Below are positions 37,866-48,924 of a DNA stretch of 64,000 nt, piece by piece; positions within the stretch are counted from its first letter, which is position 1, and every line of letters begins with the position of its first letter. Origin of the DNA: Hydrolagus colliei (taxonomy: Eukaryota); contig CM068769.1 in the NCBI GenBank assembly GCA_035084275.1, forward strand, positions 682,001 to 746,000. The letters are read 5' to 3'. A program made the position numbers and the translations under genes. Below the pieces are notes generated by a model. That model was not told where the DNA came from, ran no database searches, and worked only from the letters and a program-made list of their open reading frames with translations.

Positions 37866-38970
37866 CTGCTTGTTCTTAAACCACAATAATATGTGGCAGC
37901 GTCAGTGAACGTAAGACTCGTTATGCTTAATGTGGATTGTTTCTGACTCATGTCAAGCTGTGAAGAAAAACGACCTGTAGCAAAATCTGCAAAGTAACCG
38001 TTTCCATCAGTATTCCTGTAGAGAATGTATTGGGGAGCGAATCCTGGGTAATATCTGTACCAGTACAGAGCGGCGTAGGACGAGCTGGTGGTATATGAGC
38101 AGCTCAGACTCGCCGTGTCTCCCTCTTGTTTGCTCAGCCTGGGTAACTGCTCTCTGACTGAATCTTCCAGCAACACATCTGCAACCAGATAAAAGGATCA
38201 ACATCAAACTTGGTGCTGTTATTGTCCTGATAGACCACGAGCCTCGGATATGAGAAGAATAGCGTAAGGTTCCGGGACAGGACAAACCATTGGGCAAGTT
38301 AACTTGGTTAGCACACACACAATATTAAATAAGTAGTAAAGGAGGAACCAATCGTTTGTTAATTGTCACATTGCCTTTATTGGAACAACAACTGTTTAAA
38401 TGTACGAACACTCAGTTAGTTTCTGCTTGTAGGACACTGGGCACAAAATCAATTCCAGCCAACAAAGCACAATAATAAAATTTGTCATTTCTATCCATGA
38501 ATGTTTGTGATAGGTGCTGTTCGCAATTGGATGCCGCGTTTCACCCACAAATATACAGTCAATCAGCTTTACAGTATATTCTGTGAAGCACTTTGTGAAG
38601 TCGATCAGACGTAAAAAGTGCTACATCAAACGAAAAGATTATTATTATTTTATATATAATTCGCTGCCACATTTCTTTTACAAATTATATAGTCAATTAT
38701 GTTGACGAATGATGTGCATTATGTCGCATCGAAGAAGTGATGAGTCACTACATCAAACAAAGGGACTATTATTAATACCATTATTGTCTTTCCCTTCCTA
38801 AGAACTCAACAGTCAACCGCAGTTCTGGAAATGTAAGACAGGACTATTAATAATTTTCAGAAGAGAAATAATCTATTTAGAATCTATTTTAATGACCGTG
38901 TGTATTGTATTGTCACAGCCTCACCTGACATAAAGCTCAAGAAGACAAACGAAGTGATAAACAGTCGCAT
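37866..38970 (-). CDS. TCR alpha/delta V segment V6; leader 38925-38970, V exon 37866-38178
   Basis: Leader MRLFITSFVFLSFMS+G is 46 nt with donor GTGAGG. V exon DVLLEDSVREQLPRLSKQEGDTASLSCSYTTSSSYAALYWYRYYP...DAATYYCGLRTS is intact. Confidence 0.95.
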
Positions 38971-39094
38971 TGTTGCTCCTCGGTAAAATATCTTTGCACC
39001 AGAGTATCATTATACAAATTGCTTGTCGATTCAGAGATGTTTCAACATCACTACCGTGACAGAACAGCAGTGCTTCATGTCACGCCCTCCTGTG

Positions 39095-39520
39095 GCCTTG
39101 TTGGCTAGACTAAGCAAATTCCCTGCTGGTCGACCTTCGTAATTCCCCCCTCTGTAGGCTGCAGATAATCCAGAACTCTACAGCCCGTGTCCTCCACGGT
39201 TCCCAACTCCGTGACCCCGTTTCCCCTATTCTTGCCCGACATCAATGGCTCCCCATCATTCAGAGGATCCAGTTCAAGATCCTGGTCCTCACATTTCACG
39301 CAATCCACAACCTTGCCCCACCCTTTATCCGTGACCTCCTATCCCATCACCAAACTGCCCGTCTCCTCCGCTCAGCTGTCTCTGGCCTGTTCCACGTCCT
39401 CCGACCCTCACGCCCAACGATTGGCAGATGAGCCTTTAGTCACTCTGCGCCCAACCTCTGGAACACCATTGTGATGTCCCTCCTCCTCGCCACCTCCCTG
39501 GCCACCTTCACGTATCTAAC
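39095..39520 (+). mobile_element. Degenerate L2 3' fragment
   Basis: cagaggatccagttcaagatcctggtcctcac and downstream L2 3' motifs. Confidence 0.6.
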
Positions 39521-41099
39521 CATGGCTCTCCTCTTCGTACCCACAAAGGTTGATGGTACGAAGCGCAACTGTCTGTTGAGTTTCATCAACAAACATATAG
39601 TTAGTTATTTTATGTTTATTATTCTGTTATTATTGTTATATCATTACTGAGTGACGACGTTATTATAAATGGACCAAAAACGAGGATTTCGATAACAAGG
39701 CCATTTGAGAAAAACTAGACATGAATCAATACTGACTAAAACTGAATCCCTTTGTACAACAACACAATCTCTCTCGAAAATAATCTTTTTTTTTAGTTTA
39801 ATGAACATATAATTTCATAGGTTGAAATGGCTAATTTTATTATCGTGTTTTTCTTGGCGAGATTATTATCAGGTGTGTGTGTATATGTATGTGTATATGT
39901 CTCTGTGTGTTTGCGTTCGTGGAATAGGAAAGCTTGTCCAAGGTTCCACCCTGAACTGCCTGGATTCGAACACAGTTCTCACTCTTGTCAGGCGAGTGCT
40001 CTAACCACTGAGATACAGGAGCTCCACAGTTTGTGGGACAGATCCAAATGAAGTGCTTTTGTGACACTCGAGTAGGTGTTATATCAATGGTAAAGGTCAT
40101 TATTATTATTTCTATGACTTCCCCTCTTTCCATACATGAATGTATCCACCACTTTGGTTTGCAGTTGAGATATTGTCACATATTTCCACTGCGAGTGACA
40201 GCAGCAAAGTCACTAATTGTCAAATACGTCAATAGTCAGTACTCATATCTGTGCAGCCATTAAAGCATTTGTCTGCACGTGGGTGTTTTAATATCAGTTG
40301 TATAATCTGACGGTAACACAGTGTGTGTAAGAATAATAATAAAAAATCTTATTTATCAAAAGTATAAAATGTAAGATTTATTAGTTTTAGTTTCACTCTT
40401 TCCTTGCATGAACCACTCTATCAGCACTTCTGCTTGTGGTTGGAAATCAGTCACGAGTTTCCTCTGAGACACAGCAGCAGAGTCAACAAATTGTCAAACA
40501 GGTCAACAATCATTCCAGGCCTCTGAGCTGAGATTAAACTATTTCTCTCCTATTAGCAGGTTTTGTAAAGTGGGGCAGGCTGACAGCAGTCTGATTCTAA
40601 CATGGCTTGTGTGATCGCATGGTTACAGTGGCTGTGTTAGATGCAGCCACAGTGACAGTCAATCACTTCAATGGACTTCCCGACGTGAGAGGCGCTCTGC
40701 ACACGTCATTGTATTATTCTTCATGTTGGGTTCGATACCAGGACAGTGCAACACATTGGGCAGATATCCATACTCCACAGGCCTCAGTTTAAAATACATC
40801 CATTGGGAAACCTGTTCTATTAAAATAGCGGTGTACTATTCCTTGGGTATTTTTACTTTTATAAAAACGAAATATTACGTTACAGCATTCGCATTATTTA
40901 CGAAGTCTTCATAAGAGTGGATTCCAAGTACAGTGAGAACTGTGTTTGGAATACACACAGGGCGAATCCTTCGGCAAATTTCTTAATCCACACGCCCAAT
41001 AATAATCCGTCCCATACCAAAAAACCTATCACCAATAATAAATTGGTCATTTACATCCACTACTGTGTTTGGGGACGTTGCTCCGCGCAATTGGCTGCC

Positions 41100-41920
41100 G
41101 GACATCGGTCCCTGCCAGCCTCAATATCCAAGGTTGTACTCTCCACCGCACAAAGCCAGTCAGGAACCTCGGCATCACGTTCGACCATAAACTCTCCTTC
41201 CTCCCCCACATCCGTGCCTTGACTGGAACCGCTTATTTCCTCCTGCGCAATATTGCCAGGCTCCGCAATTATCTTACCCCCACGCTGCCGAAACACTCGT
41301 GCACGCATACATCACCTCAAGACTGGACTACGGAAACTCTCTCCTCGTCGGCCTCCCCAGCTCCTCCATTCACAGGCTGCAGGTCACCCAAAACTCCGCA
41401 GCCCGTGTATTATCCCGCACCCGCCTCCGCGAACATATAACCCCCACGCTCGCCCGTCTCCACTGGCTCCCCATCCTCCAGAGGATCGAGTTCAAGATCC
41501 TCGTCTTCACCTTCAAGGCCTTACACGACCTTGCCCCGCACTATTTCACCGAATTACTCTCCCCCTACAAGCCCACCCGGACCCTCCGTTCAGCAGGACT
41601 TAGCTTGCTCGAAGTCCCACTGCCGAACCTCCCCACCATCGGAGGCCGGGCCTTCAATTTTTCTTATCCGTCCCTATGGAAGTACATCCCCCAATCTCTC
41701 CTTCTCGTTTCTTCCCTTTCCTCTTTCAAGGACTGTTTGAAGACTTACCTCTTCGACCGTGCCTTTTGTTCCACCCCGAATTCTTCGACCTCCCCTACTT
41801 GTTTCACCCCTTCCCGTACACTCCCATCCCAGCTCGTGTCACACGCCTCCTGTCAAGCACCTTGGGACGTCCTCCCGACGTGAAAGGCGCTTTATAAGTG
41901 TAATTTGTTGTTGTTGTTGA
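41100..41920 (+). mobile_element. L2 LINE 3' portion (fused 5' to a SINE core)
   Basis: [13 protein letters not shown]...[13 protein letters not shown]...(GTT)n tail. Confidence 0.9.
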
Positions 41921-42264
41921 TGTTTCTCTCTCCCATAAATACACAGTAAAATCACTTGACAATGTATTCTGTGAAGCGCTTTGAATCGCTTAGAGTAGAC
42001 GTGAAAAGCGATATAGCGGATGCAAGTATTATTATCATTACTGCTGTTATTATCCACATGTCTTAATTCTAAAAAACATGTATCACAATCTTCTATCGGT
42101 TGATTAATAAACACATATAATACAGAGATAGTGATGCATTTCTTTTTCTTTAATTGTCTTGATATGAAGTAAATAAAGTGTAAGCTGTGGGGACAGTTAG
42201 CTGATGGTTTGTTACATGGTGTCTCACTGCTCTTTACTGATTCCCAGCGTTTGGTTGTGATGAG

Positions 42265-42303
42265 AGTTATTGTACGAGGCTTCCTATGATGTGTATCACT
42301 GTG
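42265..42303 (-). other. 23-RSS of the supporting TCR V
   Basis: CACAGTG, 23 nt, ACAATAACT. Confidence 0.9.
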
Positions 42304-42599
42304 GTGCTGACTGACTATACAGTGATACATAGCGGAGTCTGGTAGCTGCAGCCTGGCGATGGTTAAATGGCTGATTTTTTTGGCAGTGTCAAGAGAAGCA
42401 GAAATATGATCTCGAGTGGGGTTTCCTCCCTCTCCCAAAGGGCTTCTGTGGCGAAGGTATATCGGTGCCTCACCAGGGAACTGACAGTACCAGGAGACAA
42501 TGCAATTCTGTCCACAGAATCCGGAGTAATGGCATTGTAAATCCACTCTCTCTCCAGCAATAGCCTTTATTTCAGGCGGTGACTGAGTAATTATCGATC
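42304..42599 (-). CDS. Leaderless supporting TCR delta V segment of the NAR-TCR cassette
   Basis: Acceptor ccacgtag then phase-1 (R)SIITQSPPEIKAIAGERVDLQCHYSGFCGQNCIVSWYCQFPGEAP...DSAMYHCIVSQH. No L-part2 residues and no leader exon found upstream; extra Cys in CDR1; in frame with the upstream J donor. Confidence 0.85.
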
Positions 42600-43269
42600 C
42601 TACGTGGAGGATATCACAGCATAGTGAGCATTGCAATGTCGTAGCATTGTACAGCAATGAAGCAGAACATTAGGAGAATTGTTTATATGCCAGCTCTTTG
42701 GGGCAACTGTCCAACTTTTCCCACTCCCATTGTTGCCCCATTTTCTTGACACATTTTGCTTCTGCATTACTCCACCTGTCCATTTCCACTTTAAAATGGA
42801 TTGTTTAACATGCTTATACAAGAATATCAGGGAGCGCGTTGCAGATTATCATAACTTTGAAATTTATAACAAATTATCTTGTTCTCCCGTTTGTTTCTTT
42901 TTAAAAAAAAACTTTAAAACACATGTCCTTTGATTACTGGCCAATGGAAACAGTTTCTATGCTCCACTTTTATCAGATACTATTTTAACATTCATTGCGC
43001 TCAAGATAAATTGATCTCTTTGTATATGTCAATTGCTTCTTTGCTGTAACCATTCTATTAAATCGTCTTTCAATAATGTCCAAGACTTTAATATCCTTCT
43101 TACCCTGTCAATCAAAGACACTTTAGATCCACTTTTCATCTAAACCATACAGTTACTCTAATAATAATACTTGCATTTGTTATAGCGCTTTTCATGTCCT
43201 CTAGCCGCCTCAAAAACCTTCAAAGAATATACTGTAAAGTGATTTGACTATTCGTGAGTGGACGAAGCG

Positions 43270-43595
43270 CGGCACCCGAACAATAATAATACTATTATTA
43301 CTGTTTTACTATAGGCGCTTTTCGCAACTTATCGACGTCACAAAGCGCTTCACAGAATACACTGTAAATTGGAATGATTCTATATTTGTGGGACAAACGC
43401 GGCAGCGAATTGCGCACAGCAGTGTTCCTCACAAACAGTCGTGGATTGGATTAACCAATGTATATTATTGTGGGATTTTTTCACGGATTGTTATTAGACG
43501 TGTGGAGAAAGGTAACTTGCCCAAGGTTTCGCTCTAATCTTCCTGGATTCGAACACGGGTCTCACGCTTGTAAGTGATTGTGATATCCACTGAGC
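43270..43595 (-). mobile_element. tRNA-headed SINE in the J-to-supporting-V intron
   Basis: B-box ggttcgaatcc, family core and tail, reverse strand. Confidence 0.75.
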
Positions 43596-43959
43596 AAAAA
43601 TCCACAATAAAATAGTTTTACTCATTCTATACGGGTTTGCTGTTGTAGATTGCTCCCACTGAAGCCCTGGTTGTCTGTGATCATGGGAATGTTTAGCAGA
43701 GAATCAGATGTCGGTGTGCACAGTTAACTCCGTTGAATTAAAGTTGAGTGAAATGGAATTCCCCTCTCTGAATGTCGTGACATTGACATCGCTGCTGGAG
43801 GAGGTGAATGAAGTCTCTGGCTTGTTTCCAAAATCAGTTTTGTCTCAGTCTGTTAGCCTCCAAATGCAGTTTCATTTGTGCCAGAAGAAAACTGCTTTCC
43901 ATAAAAAAGTGTTAAATAATTGCTTAAATATTTTTCTTTCTTTGTTAGTTTATTTGTTT

Positions 43960-44076
43960 ATTTCCGTGTTTCTTTCCGTGTTTCTTTCCGTGTTTCTTTC
44001 CGTGTTTCTTTCCGTGTTGCTTTCCGTGTTTCTTACCTTCCCTTCCTTCCCGTCCATCCCGTCCTTCCCGTCCTTC
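43960..44076. repeat. (TTTCTTTCCGTG)n / CCTT-rich microsatellite, followed by gap 44077-44213
   Basis: 12-nt unit repeated about five times, then CCTTCC repeats and an N run. Confidence 0.85.
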
Positions 44077-44885
44077 NNNNNNNNNNNNNNNNNNNNNNNN
44101 NNNNNNNNNNNNNNNNNNNNNNNNNNNNNNNNNNNNNNNNNNNNNNNNNNNNNNNNNNNNNNNNNNNNNNNNNNNNNNNNNNNNNNNNNNNNNNNNNNNN
44201 NNNNNNNNNNNNNCTATCCAATCTATCTCTCCCCCTTTCCCCTTCCTCTCTCTAATGTACCTTAGATGCTTCCTACACGTGTATTTGCTTACATTTTGGC
44301 AAAATACCGTGTTTTCGTGTGAATGAATAGTTAGTTGCTTGTTTCTGTAGAACATGATATAGTTCAGTTGGAACACTCAACTTCCATACAGAGGGGAAAT
44401 TGGTGAACATTTCAAGTTATCGACCTCGCTTCAGACAAGCCTTGGTTTGAATAGAACAATTTATAGCATGTTTCATGTTGGAGACATTTCATTGAGAGTT
44501 GACTTCTCGATGGAATCGAGGCAGAGAGTGTACATAATATGCCAATGGAACTCACGTATCCTGCGTCAATCATTTGTCTGAATTTACAGATAAATTCTGT
44601 AATTTATCTGTAAATGTATCTAGGCATGTTCCTTTGTAAACCATCTCCAGAAAAAGTGCAATGGCAAAAAACCAAAAATAGAGTTGATGCAGTTCATCTT
44701 AGCGGGAGCTGTCTAGTCTTTTAAAATCACACGCATATCTTTTATTTTTCAAAAGGCGGTCAAGTGGTATGTTGGCATGACACGTTTGAAAATAACTAGG
44801 CAATTTGTTAAAATTAAGCAGTGCATTTTAGAAATTCAAGTAACAAATGTTTCGTTTTATTTCGGTAGAATTTATTCTCACTTAC

Positions 44886-44941
44886 TTTCTGTTACTGTGA
44901 CTTTGGTTCCTGATCCATCTAAGGTATATTCCGCCCAAGGA
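44886..44941 (-). CDS. NAR-TCR J segment
   Basis: t CCT TGG GCG GAA TAT ACC TTA GAT GGA TCA GGA ACC AAA GTC ACA GTA ACA GAA A|GTAAGT = PWAEYTLDGSGTKVTVTE, phase-1 donor, RSS immediately 5'. Confidence 0.93.
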
Positions 44942-44980
44942 CACAGTAACACAGCTCTCGTAATACAAGGCGCAAAATAT
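44942..44980 (+). other. 23-RSS of the NAR-TCR J (faces D)
   Basis: CACAGTA, 23 nt, GCAAAATAT (a 22-nt reading gives CGCAAAATA). Confidence 0.8.
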
Positions 44981-45295
44981 ATTCTATCTGATTATGATTG
45001 AATACTGCCACGAAGTAAAAATAAATGGCAACAAGTTAGTTGTTAGTTTGTACATTTCTACCACTTTGTCATCAAAATAAATGCATCGTGTCCAAATTTG
45101 GTTTAATTTCAATGTAATTTCCACCCATTACGAATAAATTGCCTCGCCCAGAAAACATATATCAGTAAATAAATCTAGAGTTGTCTGCTTCAAATGGCTA
45201 ATTCAGAAAGCAAACGTCTGACAAATACAGCGCAATAAAACATGGAACAGCAATTAGTGTTGATGTGCAATGTAATTCCACATAAAAAGCCGCAC

Positions 45296-45323
45296 GGTAT
45301 TTGTGCTGATGGATTCCAATGTG
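45296..45323 (-). other. 12-RSS on the J side of D
   Basis: CACATTG, 12 nt, ACAAATACC. Confidence 0.9.
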
Positions 45324-45340
45324 GCTTTCCAAATGGCCAG
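45324..45340 (-). CDS. NAR-TCR D segment (17 nt, CTGGCCATTTGGAAAGC)
   Basis: Flanked by two correctly spaced 12-RSS; frames LAIWK, WPFGK and GHLES are all open. Confidence 0.9.
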
Positions 45341-45368
45341 CACAGTATTTGCTGTCAACACAAATATA
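45341..45368 (+). other. 12-RSS on the V side of D
   Basis: CACAGTA, 12 nt, ACAAATATA. Confidence 0.88.
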
Positions 45369-45693
45369 GTATTTTGCAAAAACAGTGTAACACTATCTGG
45401 TCAAGTACAATTTATCAATAAATAAGATCACGTGTACAAATATTTTGAAGATATTCCTATTCAGATTTGATATGTCGTCTATTCGATATACATAAACTGC
45501 GATATATGCCACTTGCACTCACATTCAACGTTTTTTAACACTACCTACATTTTCCTCAGTGTTCACCAATAATGCTTGTCAGTCGAAGAGAGTGTTAGTA
45601 AACACCATTCACATCTCAACACAATGGAAAATGTGCATTGAATTAATTGACAAAGTCAGATTGACTGTGTGTTGTCTTTGAATTGACGAGGAG

Positions 45694-45731
45694 GCTTTTT
45701 GTATTGTTGGAAGCCTAGATGCAGCATTGTG
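45694..45731 (-). other. 22-RSS of the NAR-TCR V
   Basis: CACAATG, 22 nt, ACAAAAAGC. Confidence 0.88.
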
Positions 45732-46436
45732 TTGTCCCACAGATAATGAGAAGTACATCTGTAGGTAGCGCTGTCTGCTACTTGCAAATCATTAATTTCC
45801 AGCGTGGATGTCTTTGTTCCCACTTTGATAACATCAAACCGTCTTTCGCGAGGGATGGACATCCAATCTCGTCCATTTGGAAACTGCCTTTGAAATGCCA
45901 AGCTAATGGATCTGTAGTTCCCACGATTCCCTTCTGCAAAGACGCAGTTGATGGTCAAAGAATCACATTCTTCTTTGGTAATAGAAGTTGGTGTCTGTGT
46001 TAGGGTCTGACTGAAAACATCTGAAACATGCACAACATGACATCAGGTTAATACAGGCACAACCCTGACCTGTACCATTAGCAGCAAATCCTGATGCTTG
46101 GCATGAGTTGAATTGATTTCAATTAATACAATAATGATATAATTATACTATCATGTTTAATTAATAAAATACAAGCAGAACAGATTAATCGATAGCAATC
46201 GGCTGCTTCTTTTCGCCCGCAAAATAAAAAACAAGTACGGTCACTTCGTCATACAATATACACTGTGAAGCGCTTTCAGACGTTTCATCGATGTGACAAG
46301 CCTCTGTATCAAAGCAAGCAATAATGTAAATTATTGTAAGGCACAGGGTAACGATGGTATTCACTCGTGCCGTGTAATTGGAACAAAGCTCACGTTGTAA
46401 GAAGTGGAAGGCGATGGAGACAGAGATGAGATGCAT
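45732..46436 (-). CDS. IgNAR-like NAR-TCR V segment; leader 46394-46436, V exon 45732-46020
   Basis: Leader MHLISVSIAFHFLQ+C (43 nt, donor GTGAGC) gives HVFS|QTLTQTPTSITKEECDSLTINCVFAEGNRGNYRSISLAFQRQFPNGRDWMSIPRERRFDVIKVGTKTSTLEINDLQVADSATYRCTSHYLWD. VNAR hallmarks: TQTP..ITKE.GESLTINC, no CDR2, LxINDL, TYRC. Confidence 0.93.
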
Positions 46437-46959
46437 TCTTTACTCGCTGGACAACTGAATGACTGTGTGTAACACAGGGATGTTCTGCAGCAGCTTTAGA
46501 GACTAAATTATACTTGTGTAGACTCTGTCCCGTCAGGAGAATCACATTAGCGTGTGACGTGATGGCCGGTGATAGTGGAATTGGGGTTGGAGGAGGGCGG
46601 GGCGAGAAACTATTTAAGGAAAGGGAGTGACAAACTGTGTAAGTGAGCAGGGGGCAGAAGGGGATGATTTGGGGGTTGATTGTTGAACAAAATGGGCAAT
46701 TGGCGAGGGCAGTGATAGGAAAGTAAGTGAAGAGACTTCCAGAGGGTAAACGGCGGCGTGATGCAGAGAGGGCTTTTGTTGTGAGTTGGTAAAGACAAAT
46801 TAGCAACGACAGCAACAAAATTAGATTGATCGAGCGCTCTTCACGTCGGGAAGAGGTCACAATGCGCTGTACATCGAGGTCGGGACCAGCGAATTAGGGC
46901 AAAGTATCAGTGTACTTGTTAGCGGAAGAAGAGTAGGAATCAGTGGGAGTGAGGAGGGG

Positions 46960-47330
46960 GAGTTGGAGTGAGTTGGGACGGGAGGGAGAGCGTCATGTGG
47001 CTTATGAGAGAGTTGGAAGAATTGGGAGAGACTTGGGAAGTGAAGGAGAGAGTTGGCAGCGGAGGGAGAGAGTTTGCAGGAAGAGAGATTTGGAAATGAA
47101 GGAGAGAATTGAGACGATGAGAGACTTGGAGGGAGAAGAAGAAAGTTGGGAGCGGAAGAAGAGTGTTGGGCGGGATGGGAGAGAGTTGTGAGTGGGAGGG
47201 AAATAATTGGGAGGGGAGATAGCAGGGATGGGAGGGAATTGGGAGGGGAGGTAGAGAATTATGAAGCAGGCAGAGAGTAGGGCATGGAGGCAGAGAGTTG
47301 GGAGGGGAGAGGAAGATATTTGGGAGGGGA
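46960..47330. repeat. Polypurine degenerate tandem repeat (GGGAGAGA(G/T)TTGG-like)
   Basis: Repeated gagagttgg/gagatttgg; a similar pattern occurs in the opposite orientation at ~58870-59150. Confidence 0.55.
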
Positions 47331-48924
47331 GGGGGATTGTTTGCAGGGGAGCGCGAAAGAGTTGAGAGGGCAGATGATGTGTGAGGAGGTGAAACTAGAA
47401 ACTAGGGTAAAGGCATTGTGTGTGCGTACAGTGGCTGGAGTCGTATGTGGGAGAGAGAGCAATGGAGGGCTGCAGTGGGACACAGTGAAAGAAGATTTTG
47501 CAGCGCATGGATCAATTGAAACGTTTCAAAACTTCTCAGCTGCTGTACCAAGTTAGACCGTTTGTAGCATAAATATTTATATTAAATCTCGGCCAGTCCA
47601 TCTCTCTGCCTAAGTCTCTGTCTTTCAAATGCAGGGCAGTTGTGGAGAAAATTGTTTACTGATTTACCTAGCTGCAATTAGGAACCGGCTTATTTGTCGT
47701 TTGTCCAGTGGCTTTGGACGGTAAAAAGCGTCTTCAAAATAATATTAATAATTGCGTGATCGCTGATTCCACGATTGAGTGTTGGACTTCGATGTTCATA
47801 ATAGTCGGCAAATTTTGTCCACCAAACACACAACAACAACTTATATTCTTGTAGCGCCCTTCAAGCCGGATGGCGTCTCAGAGCGCTTCAGAATAAAGGT
47901 GTAAGTCAAGGACAGCGGGAGAAAGGTGACCGAATGTGACACATTCAATACTCTTGTAAACTGTCAAGCGCTTGGAGCCCTATCGATCAAGTAATCAGCT
48001 GGAATATAAAACGTCAGCATTAGGACTATCATGTTGTTTATCCTAACAGAGTGTAATCCACTTTCCAACTGGCATTTGTATTAAGTATGGGGATGGTTGA
48101 GGGGATGTGAGCAGGAGACGATCCCTTGTGGACATAGACGTTTCACATCATTTTTGGTTTCATGATGAAGAGTGAGGAGAATGCAGTTTGCGGCTTTTTG
48201 TGTGAAAGTGGTGATATTATCGATCATTCTGGAGACAATTTATTGATGATACTCATAATAACCATTGGATGTCATATTGTGATTTATCACCTGATCGAGA
48301 CGCCTCCAAGCGCTTCACAGAAAGTGCAGTATAACGGAGTGACTTTGTGTTTTGGGGGTGAAACATTTTGCAATTATTCACTGCAGCATCTCACGGACAG
48401 CAGTATATGGAATAATCAAGTTCTTGGATAATATATATTGATTGCATTTTTTGAGCAAATTATTATTTCATTTATTTTCATTGAAATATTTATTCATTTT
48501 TGTTAAATTCTTACTTAATTATTTAGAATTATTGTTGTGTTTTGGTTCACATACACATATTATTTATTAGTTCATGTATTTTTTTCACGTCTGTCTTAAA
48601 TTATATTTTTATTTATGAAACAATGACTTTGTTTCTGTGCTTATTCGCCTGATTCGTTTGTTCGCTTGTTTACTTTTCCAAGGATAATTTCCAGTGGAAC
48701 ATGACTAACCAATCGACAAACACCGGGTTCCTATTTACTGTTTAGTAAAGAAAGGCACGTGTCATGAAGAAACTTTCTCTAGGTTGCGTCTAGCCTGTGA
48801 ATCAAACGCAGGACCACTCGCTTGTGAGATAGGACCTCTCGCCATCAAATTAGAGCACCCCACATTATTTGTTAGATGGCGGCATCTAGTGATGGTTCAG
48901 GAGAATGACAGCGAATGGTTTGAG

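Noticed and set aside
40555-40680. Nonamer-like GGTTTTGT with RSS-like spacer and an SNTAT motif (possible V relic)
   Set aside because: No heptamer, no YYC in frame and no upstream V framework; too weak to call.
42600-42657. In-frame upstream extension of the supporting V as a single-exon leader
   Set aside because: Starts at TTG rather than ATG and is not signal-peptide-like; an AG acceptor at 42600-42601 fits J splicing.
45620-45658. CACAATG-23-ACAAAGTCA facing the NAR V
   Set aside because: Poor nonamer, no partner RSS or coding segment, and 23/22 is incompatible with the V; likely chance.
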